In this document: positions 48,482-58,967 of the stretch, one piece after another
Numbering within the stretch: position 1 is the first letter of the stretch
How the letters are laid out: each line of letters starts with the position of its first letter
Source: Spirochaetia bacterium
GTDB taxonomy: Bacteria > Spirochaetota > Spirochaetia > SZUA-6 > Bin103
DNA length: 64,000 bases
Assembly (NCBI GenBank): GCA_965208575.1
Contig: CBDBOV010000002.1
Location: 608,001-672,000, forward strand
Direction of reading: 5' to 3'
Notes under the pieces: generated by a model
Seen by the model: the letters and a program-made list of their open reading frames with translations, nothing else
What the model was told of the DNA's origin: nothing
Database searches by the model: none
Program-made: the position numbers and the translations under genes

Positions 48482-49570
48482 ATGCGTATTCTGTTCATCG
48501 GCGAAATTGTGGGCAGCGCCGGAATCTACTGCGTAAAGGCACTGCTCCCGGAGCTCAAGCGCGAGCTGGGCATCGACCTCACCATTGCCGCCGCCGAGGG
48601 CGCCACCGGCGGATTCGGCATCGGCAAGGGCCATGCCGTATACCTGCACAAGCTCGGCGTGGATGTTATCACCGCCGGCGACTTCGCCTATTTCAAGCGC
48701 GACGCGGTAAGCTACTTCGGGCAGTCGCGTTATCTCTTGCGCCCGGCGAACTACCCGTACGGCAATCCCGGGCGCGGCTGGCTGGTGGCGCGCCCGAGGC
48801 CGGGCCATCCGCGCTCCGGGAAGGCGGCTCATCGCGCGGGAAAGCGCACCCCCGCCGCGGCCGCCGAGCAGCCTGCGACGGCCGCCCGCGAACCCGCAAC
48901 CGCCAATCCGGTCCCCGCAACCGCCACCGAAGAAGCCGTCTCCCGCGCGCCGCAACCTGCTGCATCCGCGGCATCCGCGGCGCCGAACGGCGGCACTACG
49001 CCCGCCGCCGCGGACAAGCAGTCCTCTCCGGGGGTCGGGATCATATCCCTGCTCGGCCAGGCGGGGTTCAGCCGCGTCCATCTGCGCAACCCGTTCGAGA
49101 TGGCAGGCGGACTGATCGAACGGGTCAAGCAGCAGACGCCGGTCGTGCTGGTCGACTTTCACGCCACCACCACCTCCGAGAAGGTGGCGATGAGCCTGTT
49201 TCTCGACGGCAAGGTCACGGCGCTGATCGGCACCCACGTGCGTACCCTGTCCGCCGACGCGCGCCTGCTGCCCGGCGGTACGGCGGCCATCACCCACAGC
49301 GGCCGCACCGGCAGCCTGAACTCGGTGGGCGGCCTCGATCCCGAGGTCGAGACGCGCAAGTTTCTTACCCAGGTCCACGAGCAGTCGCGCGACGCCTGGG
49401 GGCTGCTGGAGCTGCAGGCAGTGGTGCTGGACGTGGGGGCGGATGGCGCGGCGCGGAGCATCAGCACGCTGCGCCGCCAGACCACGGCTCCGGAAGCGGC
49501 CCGCAAGGCGGCGGAAGCGGCGCGCAACCGTGGCCCGGGGCGCACCCGGCGCGCTGGCGGGCGCCGCTGA
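48482..49570 (+). CDS. YmdB/TIGR00282-like metallophosphoesterase homologue with degenerate motifs and an Ala/Pro insert
   Basis: MRILFIGEIVG, LRPANYP, DFHA..TSEK, GTH; about 80-aa low-complexity insert. Confidence 0.85.
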   Translation: MRILFIGEIVGSAGIYCVKALLPELKRELGIDLTIAAAEGATGGFGIGKGHAVYLHKLGVDVITAGDFAYFKRDAVSYFGQSRYLLRPANYPYGNPGRGWLVARPRPGHPRSGKAAHRAGKRTPAAAAEQPATAAREPATANPVPATATEEAVSRAPQPAASAASAAPNGGTTPAAADKQSSPGVGIISLLGQAGFSRVHLRNPFEMAGGLIERVKQQTPVVLVDFHATTTSEKVAMSLFLDGKVTALIGTHVRTLSADARLLPGGTAAITHSGRTGSLNSVGGLDPEVETRKFLTQVHEQSRDAWGLLELQAVVLDVGADGAARSISTLRRQTTAPEAARKAAEAARNRGPGRTRRAGGRR

Positions 49571-49724
49571 GTACCGTCGGCGCGGCACCGGGGCGATGGC
49601 AGCGGAACCGATTTCGATGTTTCGCCACGGGCTGCCGGCGCGCCGGCGCATCGCACGCCGGGCGCCGCGGCGCGCGCGAGCCGTGCGCCCGGACGGTGCG
49701 GCGCAGACCGTTCCGGCGGGCGCC

Positions 49725-50339
49725 GTGAGCCGTACCGCCCCGGACGCCGGCCGCGCGGTCCGCCAGCGGCGGCGCGGCGGCGGCACCCCGGCGCTGCTGG
49801 CCGCGGCGCTCGCCGCGCTGCTCGGCGCGTGTACCTTCGACTACGGCGGCGACCCCGGCCCCGAGCAGCTCGCCGACGAAGTTCCGGAAACGGTGCTGAC
49901 CGGGGCCACCCACACGGTGGTGCGCAACGGCCGCGTGGTGGCCGAGATCCGGGCGCGCCGGATCGAGAACTTCCCCGGCGCCGGCCGCGCGGTGCTGAGT
50001 GACGTGCGCTACGTCGAATACGACGGCGGCGGCAGCGTGGCGGCCACCGGGCGCGCCGACCGCGCGGTATACTACCCCGAGAGCGAGGACGCCGAGGTGG
50101 CCGGTGCCGTCCAGTTGCGGTCGGTCTCGCAGCAGGCGTCACTGACCGCCGAGGAGTTGCACTGGGATCATGCCGGACGCCTGCTCAGTACGGGTCCCGA
50201 GCAGGTCGTGGCCGTTATCCGCGACGATGGGTCTCGCGTCCAGGGTGCCGGGTTCGAGGCGGAGTTGCGTGCCAAGACCATCCACTTCTCCGGGCCGGTG
50301 AGCGGGCGGCTGGTGGCCGAGACAGCCGCCGATGAGTGA
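49725..50339 (+). CDS. lptC: LptC-like lipoprotein (start may be 49596)
   Basis: Lipobox LLGAC, beta-jellyroll pattern, position before lptA/lptB. Confidence 0.7.
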   Translation: MSRTAPDAGRAVRQRRRGGGTPALLAAALAALLGACTFDYGGDPGPEQLADEVPETVLTGATHTVVRNGRVVAEIRARRIENFPGAGRAVLSDVRYVEYDGGGSVAATGRADRAVYYPESEDAEVAGAVQLRSVSQQASLTAEELHWDHAGRLLSTGPEQVVAVIRDDGSRVQGAGFEAELRAKTIHFSGPVSGRLVAETAADE

Positions 50340-51228
50340 CCGGACTCCGGTCCTGGCGCGCGTCTCCCGCGCGTCCCTGCGATCCGGCTGCGCGCTCGCG
50401 GGCGCGGTGGCGGCCGCGCTGATCGCGGCTGCCCCGCCGGCGGCCGCGCAAACGGATCAGTTTTCCTTCACCGCCGACCAGATGGAAACGGTGCTCGCCG
50501 AGGGCCGCGAGCGGACCGTGTTGAGCGGCACCGCGGCGCTTGCTTCGGACGACACCGAGATATTCGCCGACAGCATCGAGCTGTTCGGCGACGACCTTGC
50601 CTTCGCCCTGGCGCGCGGCGGCGTGCGCGTGGTGCAGGTCGGCGACGGGATCGAGCTCACCAGCGAGACGGTGTTCTACAACCGCCGCGACGGCATCGTG
50701 CGCGTGGAGGGAGATGCGCTGCTCATCGACCACGACAACGAGATGGTGATCAGGGGGGGCTTCCTGGAGCACTGGGAGGAGCGCAACGAAACCTCGATTC
50801 AGATTGGCGTGCAGATCCTGAGCGACGACCTGGTGGCCCGCGCCCAGCTCGTGCACTACGACCGCGGCGCGCAGACGCTGACGCTCAGCGGTCTGCCGGT
50901 GGTCACCTGGAAGGGCGACGAGTATCACGCATCGCGTATCTTCATCGACCTCGACCAGGAACGCATCGTGCTTTCCGGCGCCGTCAGCGGGCAGATAACC
51001 TCGTCGCCGGAGGATGGCGAAGGCGGCGGCGACGCTTCCGAAACCGAGTCGGACGCCACCGGCGGCGCCGCACCGGAGGCCGGCGGGCAGGACGGCGCGT
51101 CCGGCGCACCCCCCGGCACGGCGACGCGAGGCGCGCCGCAAGAAGCCGACGCCGCCGGTGCCGCCGGTGCCGCCGCTCCGGACGCCGCGGCAGACGGTCA
51201 GACGCGGGATGCGGAGGCAGGCCGGTGA
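50332..51228 (+). CDS. lptA: LptA/OstA family protein
   Basis: Signal peptide, F.ADQM, L.G.A, ADSIEL, G.PVV; acidic low-complexity tail. Confidence 0.75.
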   Translation: MSDRTPVLARVSRASLRSGCALAGAVAAALIAAAPPAAAQTDQFSFTADQMETVLAEGRERTVLSGTAALASDDTEIFADSIELFGDDLAFALARGGVRVVQVGDGIELTSETVFYNRRDGIVRVEGDALLIDHDNEMVIRGGFLEHWEERNETSIQIGVQILSDDLVARAQLVHYDRGAQTLTLSGLPVVTWKGDEYHASRIFIDLDQERIVLSGAVSGQITSSPEDGEGGGDASETESDATGGAAPEAGGQDGASGAPPGTATRGAPQEADAAGAAGAAAPDAAADGQTRDAEAGR

Positions 51229-51989
51229 CCCCTGCCCGCGGGCCGTCCGCCATCGCCGCCGCCGGCGCCACCCTCGCGGTCGAGGGGCTTACCAAGCGCT
51301 ACGCGCGCAAGTACGCCGCCCGCGACGTGACCTTCTCCATGGGGAGCGGCGAGGTGGTCGGCCTGCTTGGGCCCAACGGCGCCGGCAAGACGACGGTGTT
51401 CTACCTGATCGTGGGTTTCATACGGCCGACCGCGGGGCGCATCTTCCTCACCGGCGAAGAGATCACCCGCCTGCCGATGTTTCGCCGTGCGCGCGCCGGC
51501 ATCTCCTACCTGCCACAGGAGGCGTCGGTGTTCCGCAAGCTCACGGTGGAGCAGAACCTGCTGGCCGTGCTGGAGACCCGGCGCGGGCTGACGCGCAGCG
51601 CCCGGCGGCAGCGCTGCGACGAGATTCTGGATCAACTGGGGCTGGAGGACCTGCGCCGGCAGCGCGCATATTCGCTCTCCGGCGGCGAGCGGCGCCGCAC
51701 CGAGATCGGTCGCGCGCTCGCGATGCGGCCGAGCTTCCTGCTGCTCGACGAGCCGTTTGCCGGCATCGACCCGATCGCCGTCCAGGACATCAAGGGCATC
51801 GTCGCCCGCCTTGCGGAAACCGGCATCGGGGTGCTGATCACCGACCACAACGTTCGCGATACGCTTGAGATAACGCACCGCAGCTACATTCTCCGCGCCG
51901 GTGAGATCATGGTCAGCGGCACGCGCGGCGAACTGCTCGACAATCAGCTCGCGCGGCAGCTCTACCTGGGGCGCGACTTCCGCATGTAG
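51225..51989 (+). CDS. lptB: LPS export ABC ATPase LptB
   Basis: GLLGPNGAGKTT, YLPQEASVFRKLTV, LSGGERRR.EI, DEPFAGIDP, ITDHNVR, YLG..F. Confidence 0.95.
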   Translation: MTPARGPSAIAAAGATLAVEGLTKRYARKYAARDVTFSMGSGEVVGLLGPNGAGKTTVFYLIVGFIRPTAGRIFLTGEEITRLPMFRRARAGISYLPQEASVFRKLTVEQNLLAVLETRRGLTRSARRQRCDEILDQLGLEDLRRQRAYSLSGGERRRTEIGRALAMRPSFLLLDEPFAGIDPIAVQDIKGIVARLAETGIGVLITDHNVRDTLEITHRSYILRAGEIMVSGTRGELLDNQLARQLYLGRDFRM

Positions 51990-52079
51990 CGGGCGCACCG
52001 CCGCGCCGGGCCCGGCCAGGCTCGGCCTCTGCTCTCGTTGACAGAGGGGTGGACCGTCACCCACCATGAGAGGAGAGCC

Positions 52080-53495
52080 ATGCTGTCGCAGCAGCCCGTC
52101 CTCCGCCAGGAACAGCGCCTCAAGATGACGCCCCAGCTCTACCAGGCAATCCGCATCATGGCGATGCCGGTGCAGGAGCTGCAGGCTACCATCCAGCAGG
52201 AACTGGAGCGCAATCCGGCGCTGGAGGTGATGGAAGACAACTCTACCGCGTCGCTGGAAACCGAGCCGGCGGCCGGCGCCGAGGAGAGCGTATTCGCCGA
52301 GTCCTCCGATCCGGGGTACCTGAACGGCAGCCACGGCGCCGAGGCGGACGCCAAGCGCCAGTTCATCGAGGGTGCCCTCACGCGACCGGAGACGCTGCAG
52401 GAGCATCTGCTGTGGCAACTCCGCCTGCAGCCGCTCGCCGGGCCGGAGTTCGAGCTCGGCGAGATGCTGATCCGCAATCTGGACGACAATGGCTTCACGC
52501 TCGAGGAGCCCGATACCCTCGCCGAGGACGTGCCGCCGGAGCGCCTCGCCAAGGTTACCGCGATGATCCAGGCGTTCGATCCGCCCGGTTGCTGCACGCG
52601 TGACTACACCGACTCGCTGCTGGCGCAGATTCGCGTGCATCCGCGGGCACTGCCGGGCAGCGCCGAGCTGGTGCGCAGCCACCTGGAGCTGGCCGAACGC
52701 GGCAAGACGGCGGACATCGCGCGGGCCATGGCGATCCCGGAGCAGGAGGTACATGACCTCCTGGCATTCGTGCGCGAGCTCGATCCGATCCCGGGCCGCA
52801 ATTTCAGCGCCGAACAGGTGCGCTACGTGAGCCCCGATGTGATCGTGAAACAGATCGACGGCGAACTCGCGCTCGCGCTCAACGATCAGCAGATGCCGGT
52901 GCTCGGCGTGAGTCCGTTTTTCGAACAACTGAGCCGCGACAGCCGTGACCGCCGCGACCGCCGTGACAGCCGCGACAGGGAGCTGAAGAAGTTCGTCAAC
53001 CACAATCTGCAGGACGCGCGCTGGTTCATGCGCAGTATCGACGAACGCAACCGCTCGCTGCTGAAAGTCACCCGGGCGGTGGTCGACGCCCAGCGCGAAT
53101 TCTTCCGGCGCGGCGCCAAGTACCTGGTGCCGCTGACGCTGAAGGACGTGGCTGCCGACGTCGGCGTGCATGAAGCGACCGTGTCGCGGTTGGCCAACGG
53201 CAAGCACGTCCAGACCGAGTTCGGTATTTTTGAACTGCGCTACTTTTTTACCAATTCGATTTCCGGCGCGGGATCGAAGGGGTCGCGCTTCTCCAAGACC
53301 GCGGTCAAGGAGATGCTGCGCGAAATCATCGAGAATGCCGCCGTGGCCGGCCGCCATGATGGCGCGGCCGCGAAACCGCCGTCGGACAGCCGGCTCGCCG
53401 AGATCCTGGCGGAGAAGGGAGTGCGCATTGCACGGCGCACGGTGGCAAAGTATCGCAAGGAGCTGAATATCGACAGCTCGTATCGCCGCGCCTGA
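52080..53495 (+). CDS. rpoN: RNA polymerase sigma-54
   Basis: Q-rich region I, NP.LE, HEATVSR HTH, RpoN box ARRTVAKYR. Confidence 0.96.
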   Translation: MLSQQPVLRQEQRLKMTPQLYQAIRIMAMPVQELQATIQQELERNPALEVMEDNSTASLETEPAAGAEESVFAESSDPGYLNGSHGAEADAKRQFIEGALTRPETLQEHLLWQLRLQPLAGPEFELGEMLIRNLDDNGFTLEEPDTLAEDVPPERLAKVTAMIQAFDPPGCCTRDYTDSLLAQIRVHPRALPGSAELVRSHLELAERGKTADIARAMAIPEQEVHDLLAFVRELDPIPGRNFSAEQVRYVSPDVIVKQIDGELALALNDQQMPVLGVSPFFEQLSRDSRDRRDRRDSRDRELKKFVNHNLQDARWFMRSIDERNRSLLKVTRAVVDAQREFFRRGAKYLVPLTLKDVAADVGVHEATVSRLANGKHVQTEFGIFELRYFFTNSISGAGSKGSRFSKTAVKEMLREIIENAAVAGRHDGAAAKPPSDSRLAEILAEKGVRIARRTVAKYRKELNIDSSYRRA

Positions 53496-53520
53496 CCACA
53501 ACAACGAGGAGTATCTGCAC

Positions 53521-53847
53521 ATGCAACTGGACATCAAGGCGATTCATTTCTCGCTCAACGAAGTGCAGCGGGAGCACATCGACCGCCGCATCGAGCGATT
53601 CTCGTACGCGCGCGAATACCTGGTCGACCTGGGACTGACGCTGACCCGCGAGGGCAGCCAGTATCACGTCGACGCATCGCTTCACTTTCGCTGGGGTGCG
53701 ACCAACCACCTCAAGGTGAGCGGCTACGACCTGCTGGAGGCGTTCGACCGGCTGATGGACAAGATTCAGCACAAGGTCAGCAAGGAGAAGGAAAAGGTTA
53801 CGCGCGGTTCGCACGGCGCCCCGCACCGCGCCGCGTCGCGCGGCTGA
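53521..53847 (+). CDS. hpf: Ribosome hibernation factor (HPF/RaiA)
   Basis: S30AE pattern, DL..AFD.L.DK; position after rpoN. Confidence 0.8.
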   Translation: MQLDIKAIHFSLNEVQREHIDRRIERFSYAREYLVDLGLTLTREGSQYHVDASLHFRWGATNHLKVSGYDLLEAFDRLMDKIQHKVSKEKEKVTRGSHGAPHRAASRG

Positions 53848-53870
53848 AGCCTTACCCGACCGTACCGGGC

Positions 53871-54842
53871 ATGCCTGGCAAGGTGACCGTTCTCAACCTG
53901 CTGCAGCTCGAATTGAAGGAGCACGAAGCGCTGCAGTTGACCTGCGCCGCCGCGCGCCGCGGCCTCGCCGCGGAGTTGCACGTTCCCGAGTTGAACCGGC
54001 CCGGCCTGGCGCTCGGCGGGTTCTTCGACAGCTTCGCCTTTCAGCGCGTCCAGGTGTTCGGACGGGGAGAGAGCGCCTACCTGCGCAAGCTCGCCGAGGA
54101 ACGTGCCACCGAGTCGCTCGAACGGATGGTTGCCTATGACATCCCGTGCAGCGTGTTCACCCACGGCATCGAGCCGACCGAGGACTTTCTGCGCCTGTCG
54201 GAGGCGGCCGGGCGCGCCGTGCTGCGCACGCCGTTGACCACCGCGGAATTCACCGCCCGCGTGGAACGTATCCTGGCCCTGATGTTCGCCCCCTCCGAGC
54301 GCGTGCACGGGGTCATGCTCGAGGTGTTCGGCATGGGCGTGCTGATTCAGGGCCCGAGCGGCGTCGGCAAGAGCGAGGCCGCCCTGGCCCTGGTCGAGCG
54401 CGGCCACCGGCTGGTGGCGGACGACGTGGTGGAGGTACGCCTGGTGGACAACGTGCTGCACGGCAGCGGCATCCGCGAGGCCAGCCATCACATGGAAATC
54501 CGCGGCCTCGGCATCATCAATATCTCCTACCTGTTCGGTGTCGGGGCGATTCTCGACTCCAAGAACATCCAGTTGGTGGTGCGCCTTGAAGATTGGGACA
54601 ATTCCGCCGATTATGATCGAGTAGGGCTGGACGAGCGAACGGTGGACTTTCTCGGTGTCGGGGTCCGCGAGGTGCTGATCCCGGTGCGTCCGGGGCGGCC
54701 GATCTGGATCCTCATCGAGACCGCGGCCATGAACGAAAGGCTCAAGCACATGGGGTACTATTCGGCGGCGGAGTTCAGTCGAAACGTCACCCGGTGGCTC
54801 GACAGCCGAAGGCCGCGGGAAGTCACCGTAGAGGAGTGGTAA
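53871..54842 (+). CDS. hprK: HPr kinase/phosphorylase
   Basis: NRPGLAL.G, HG, GPSGVGKSE.AL.L..RGHRLVADD, MEIRGLGII. Confidence 0.95.
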   Translation: MPGKVTVLNLLQLELKEHEALQLTCAAARRGLAAELHVPELNRPGLALGGFFDSFAFQRVQVFGRGESAYLRKLAEERATESLERMVAYDIPCSVFTHGIEPTEDFLRLSEAAGRAVLRTPLTTAEFTARVERILALMFAPSERVHGVMLEVFGMGVLIQGPSGVGKSEAALALVERGHRLVADDVVEVRLVDNVLHGSGIREASHHMEIRGLGIINISYLFGVGAILDSKNIQLVVRLEDWDNSADYDRVGLDERTVDFLGVGVREVLIPVRPGRPIWILIETAAMNERLKHMGYYSAAEFSRNVTRWLDSRRPREVTVEEW

Positions 54843-55117
54843 CGCTGATCGTACGGGAAGTTCTCATCATCAACCGCGCTGGAATCCACGCCCGGCCCGC
54901 CGCCAAGCTGGTTCGAACCGCCGGTGCGTTCTCCTCCGACATCTTCCTGGAGAGCGGCGGAGAACGGGTCAACGGGAAGTCGATCATGGGCATCATCACG
55001 CTCGGCGCAACCTACAGGACCACGGTCAAGATCATCGCCGACGGCGCCGACGAAGAAGCTGCCGTGGAAGCGCTTGAGGACCTGTTTGCGCGCCGCTTCG
55101 AGGACGTCCAGATCTGA
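54836..55117 (+). CDS. ptsH: Phosphocarrier protein HPr
   Basis: GIHARPAA (His15), GKSIMG (Ser46). Confidence 0.93.
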   Translation: MVTLIVREVLIINRAGIHARPAAKLVRTAGAFSSDIFLESGGERVNGKSIMGIITLGATYRTTVKIIADGADEEAAVEALEDLFARRFEDVQI

Positions 55118-55241
55118 CCGGGCGGCGCGGCGGCGGTAGGCGTCGGTGGCGGCGGTAGGCGGCGGTTGTCGCGGCTGCGCCAGATCGGGATAATTGCACC
55201 CGGGGGCCGATGACGGACGCGATGGTACGGAGCGGGGTTGC

Positions 55242-55847
55242 GTGCGCGGGTTGACGGTGCGCCAGCGCGAGGTGCTGGATTTCATCAACGGCTACATTGA
55301 GCATCACCGTTACCCGCCCGCGATTCGTGAGCTTGCCGAGCACTTCTCCATTTCCATTCGAGGCGCATACGATCATCTGAAGGCGCTCCGGAAGAAAGGC
55401 TACGTGCGTTCGGCCGAAGGACGGCCGCGCTCGCTGGAGGTGCTCGACGACGGCTCGGACGAGCGCCGGCGCCGCCTGGTGCGCATCCCGCTGCTTGGAC
55501 CAGTCGCCGCCGGCGCGCCGGTGTTTGCCGAGGACAACGTCGTTGGCACCATCGCCGTATCGGACGAACTGCTGGGGTCCGGTACCTGCTTTGCCCTGCG
55601 CGTGCGCGGCGACAGCATGTGCGACGCCGGCATTCTCGACGGCGACGTCGCCATCGTTCGGCGCCAGGAGCACGCCGACAACGGCGACATCGTGGTGGCG
55701 ATGATCGAGGAGGAGGCGACCCTCAAGCGTTTCTTTCGCGAAAGCAACCGCATTCGGCTGCAGGCGGAGAACGCCGCCTATCCACCGATCTTTACCCGGG
55801 ATCTGCGCATTCTCGGCAAGCTGCGCGCCGTGCAGCGCACCTACTAG
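55242..55847 (+). CDS. lexA: SOS repressor LexA
   Basis: LT.RQ, YPP.IRE, VAAG cleavage site, GDSM, TLKR. Confidence 0.95.
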   Translation: MRGLTVRQREVLDFINGYIEHHRYPPAIRELAEHFSISIRGAYDHLKALRKKGYVRSAEGRPRSLEVLDDGSDERRRRLVRIPLLGPVAAGAPVFAEDNVVGTIAVSDELLGSGTCFALRVRGDSMCDAGILDGDVAIVRRQEHADNGDIVVAMIEEEATLKRFFRESNRIRLQAENAAYPPIFTRDLRILGKLRAVQRTY

Positions 55848-55864
55848 CGCGGGTCGGAACGCCA

Positions 55865-56950
55865 GTGGCCGCCACCGCCCGCCGGCGCTCCACCGGCGGC
55901 CGCCGCTCGGCAAACACGCAGCGGTCGACACCACCGCCGCCGCCGCGCGGTCTGGCGGGGGGCGTTCACCTGCTGCTCGGCCCGGAGCTCGGCCAGAAGA
56001 GCGATTTCGTGGCGCAGATCGTCGCCGCGGCGGAAGCCGCGCACGGCGACACCGAGGTGCAGCGCACCTTTCCGTACGACACCGACCTGATCGACCTGGT
56101 GGCGGCGCTGCGCACACCGGGGTTGTTCACCAGCCATCGCGTGGTCGTGCTGCAGGAGGTGCAGGATCTGCGCGCCGGCAACCAGTTGGACGCTCTGTTG
56201 GGATACGGCGCGGAGCCGTCGGCGGCCAGCACCCTGGTGCTGACCAGCGCCGGGATGGCGCGCGACCTGCCGGCCGCGCTGCCGCGCATGGTGCCGCGGG
56301 CGCGCACGCGGATTTTCTGGGAGATGTTCGAGAACCGGCGCGAGGGCGCGGTGCAGCGCGCCTTTCGCGCCCGCGGCGTCCGCATCGACGCGGAGGCGTG
56401 TGCGCTGATCCTGGAGCTGGCCCCCACCGACAGCGCCGCCCTGGAGGCGCTGTGCGGCAGCCTGGCCGGCTTCTTTGCGTCGGGCGCCTTCGTGGCGGTC
56501 GAGGACATCGAGCCGTACCTCTACCACGGCCGCGAGGAGACGGTGTTCTCGCTGTTCGATCGGGTGGTGGCGCGCGACCTGCAGGGTTGCCTGGAGACGC
56601 TGACCACCCTGCTGCTGGCGCGGCGCGGCGATGCGATACAGATCGTGGCGATGCTGCACAGCCAGTTTCAGCGCCTGCTCCGGTTCAAGGAGCTGCTGGC
56701 GGCGCGCACGGCGCCGGCGCAGGCGCTGGCGGAGTTGCGCATCACCGGCAAGCGCATGCAGCGCACCTTCCAGGAGGCGCACCGCCGCTACGCCGATGCC
56801 GAAATGGAGCCGATTCAGCGGTTGCTGGTGGAGTTCGACACGCGTGCGCGGCTGTTCAGTCAGGAGTTGACGGAACCGCTGCTGCAGCTTCTTCTGTACC
56901 ATATTGTTGCCCGAGGTGGGCAAGGAGCGTGGCGGCCGTTTCGCGTGTGA
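55865..56950 (+). CDS. holA: DNA polymerase III delta subunit
   Basis: LLLGPE.G.K, .GLF...RVV, IFWEMFE, EETVFSLF; follows lexA as in spirochaetes. Confidence 0.82.
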   Translation: MAATARRRSTGGRRSANTQRSTPPPPPRGLAGGVHLLLGPELGQKSDFVAQIVAAAEAAHGDTEVQRTFPYDTDLIDLVAALRTPGLFTSHRVVVLQEVQDLRAGNQLDALLGYGAEPSAASTLVLTSAGMARDLPAALPRMVPRARTRIFWEMFENRREGAVQRAFRARGVRIDAEACALILELAPTDSAALEALCGSLAGFFASGAFVAVEDIEPYLYHGREETVFSLFDRVVARDLQGCLETLTTLLLARRGDAIQIVAMLHSQFQRLLRFKELLAARTAPAQALAELRITGKRMQRTFQEAHRRYADAEMEPIQRLLVEFDTRARLFSQELTEPLLQLLLYHIVARGGQGAWRPFRV

Positions 56951-58967
56951 CGCCGGCACGGGCGGCGATCGTCTCCGGCGACGCGGCGAGCATCGCGGGC
57001 ACCGAGTCGAACGCCTCCAGCAGGCGGCGGCTGCGCACCCGTCCGATGCCGTGCACCGCCTCCAGCATCGACGTCGACACGCGCTTGCCGCGCAGCCGCC
57101 GGTTGAACGAGTTGGCGAACCGGTGCGACTCGTCGCGGGCGGCCTGCAGCAGGCGCAGCGCCGCCGAGCCCTCGGGCAGCGCAACCGGCGACGACCGGCC
57201 CGGCACGAACACCTCTTCGTTGCGCTTGGCCAGGCCGGCCACCGGCACGCTGTCCAGCTCCAGGGCGCGCAGGATCCTGGTGGCGGCGCTGACCTGTCCC
57301 TTGCCGCCGTCCACCAGCACCAGGTCGGGCAGCGCGCGGTTGTCGTTGACGGCGCGGGTGTAGCGCCGGGCCACCACCTCCCGCATCGCCGCATAGTCGT
57401 CCACCTTGCCGTCCAGGCTGCGCAGCCGGAAGTGGCGGTAGGACTGCTTCTCCGGGCGCCCGTCGGCGAACACTACCAGCGAGGCAACCGCGTCGCTGCC
57501 CTCCAGGTGGGAAATGTCGAATGCCTCGATACGGCGCGGCACGGCATCGAGGTGCAGCGCCGTGCGCAACTCCTCGAGCACCCGGAACTGGGCGTCGCGC
57601 CCGGCGCGCTTCTGCTCGCTGCTCTCCCACTCCACCTGCGCGTTGTGCTCCGCCATGCGCAGGAAGCGCACGTGCTTGCCGCGCTGCGGCACCCGCACCT
57701 CCAGCCGCGCCGGCCGCCGCCCGCGCGGCGCCGCCGGAGCCATGCCGTCTGCCGAGGCGGCCGCCGTAGCGCCAACCGCCGGCCCGCCGGCCGGGGCCGC
57801 GCCGGCTCCCGGTTCCGACCCCGCCCCGTGGGCCGCGGGAGCCCCGGCCACCGAGGCCGCCGCCGCGTCCCCAACCGCGGCGGCCGCACCCGCGTGAGGT
57901 TCCGCCGGCGCTGTGCCGGCGGCCGGTTCGGCATTCGCCGGATCCGCGCCGAGCGCGCGGTCGAGGGCATTCTGCAGTACCTCGGCCGCCGCCGGCGGCA
58001 GGCGCAGGAACACGGTGCGCGGGCGGGTCTGCACGCCGGCGTAGAACTGCAGCAGGAAGCTCGGCAGCACCTCTTCCGGCGGCGCCTCGTCGACCAGCCG
58101 AAAGCGCTCCTTGCCGACCAGTTGTCCGTGCCGGAACTGAAGGAGGGTGACCGTGTAATGGGAGCCGTCGCGATGGCAGCCCACGTAGTCGCGCGCCTCG
58201 CGCGAGAAGTCGACCACGTTCTGGTCGCTGTCGGACACCTCGCTGATGGCGCGCACCTGGTCGCGGAACAGCGCCGCCTTCTCGAAGCGCAACGCCTTCG
58301 CCTCCGCCTGCATGCGCGCGCGCAGCTCGCGCACCAGGTCGGCGCTCTTGCCGGTCAGCAGCTTGCGCACCGCCGCCACGCGCTCCTGGTACTCCGCGGC
58401 GCCGATGTTGCCCACGCACGGCGCCGCGCAGCGCCCGATGTGAAAGTTCAGGCACGGCTGGTCGCGTTCCTTGAACACCGCACCGCGCTTGCGCAGCGGG
58501 AACAGCTTGTCGATCAGCGTCAGGTAGATGTCGATCTGGTTCACCTTCGGGAACGGCCCGAAGTACTCGGATCCGTCCAGAACGATGGTGCGGGTGCGAA
58601 ACGCCTTCGGGAACCGCTCGTTGGTGAGGCGGATCACCGGGTACGACTTGCCGTCCTTGAGGTTGATGTTGTAGCGCGGCTTGCGGTCCTTGATGATCGT
58701 GTTCTCCAGCAGCAGCGCCTCGAACTCGCTGCGCGTCACGATCACCTCGAAGTCGGCCACCTTGCTCGCCAGCACTTCCGTCTTGATGTCGCGGTTCCAG
58801 CCCCTGCCGTCCTGAAAGTAGGTCGCCACCCGGGCGCGCAGGTTCTTGGACTTGCCCACGTACAGCACGGCGCCGCGGCGGTCCTTGAGCAGGTACACGC
58901 CGGGCGAGCGCGGCAACTCGCGCGCCAGGCGCGGCAGGTCGGCGGGCAACGGATCGGAAGCAGCCAT
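56856..58967 (-). CDS. uvrC: Excinuclease ABC subunit C
   Basis: PGVY, LYVGK..NLR.RV, P.YNI.LKD.K.YP, RIEAFDISH, LVDGGKGQ, RDE.HRFA, HhH. Confidence 0.96.
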   Translation of the reverse strand: MAASDPLPADLPRLARELPRSPGVYLLKDRRGAVLYVGKSKNLRARVATYFQDGRGWNRDIKTEVLASKVADFEVIVTRSEFEALLLENTIIKDRKPRYNINLKDGKSYPVIRLTNERFPKAFRTRTIVLDGSEYFGPFPKVNQIDIYLTLIDKLFPLRKRGAVFKERDQPCLNFHIGRCAAPCVGNIGAAEYQERVAAVRKLLTGKSADLVRELRARMQAEAKALRFEKAALFRDQVRAISEVSDSDQNVVDFSREARDYVGCHRDGSHYTVTLLQFRHGQLVGKERFRLVDEAPPEEVLPSFLLQFYAGVQTRPRTVFLRLPPAAAEVLQNALDRALGADPANAEPAAGTAPAEPHAGAAAAVGDAAAASVAGAPAAHGAGSEPGAGAAPAGGPAVGATAAASADGMAPAAPRGRRPARLEVRVPQRGKHVRFLRMAEHNAQVEWESSEQKRAGRDAQFRVLEELRTALHLDAVPRRIEAFDISHLEGSDAVASLVVFADGRPEKQSYRHFRLRSLDGKVDDYAAMREVVARRYTRAVNDNRALPDLVLVDGGKGQVSAATRILRALELDSVPVAGLAKRNEEVFVPGRSSPVALPEGSAALRLLQAARDESHRFANSFNRRLRGKRVSTSMLEAVHGIGRVRSRRLLEAFDSVPAMLAASPETIAARAGVTRETAATLLAHLGQQYGTEEAAAAVPSTPD

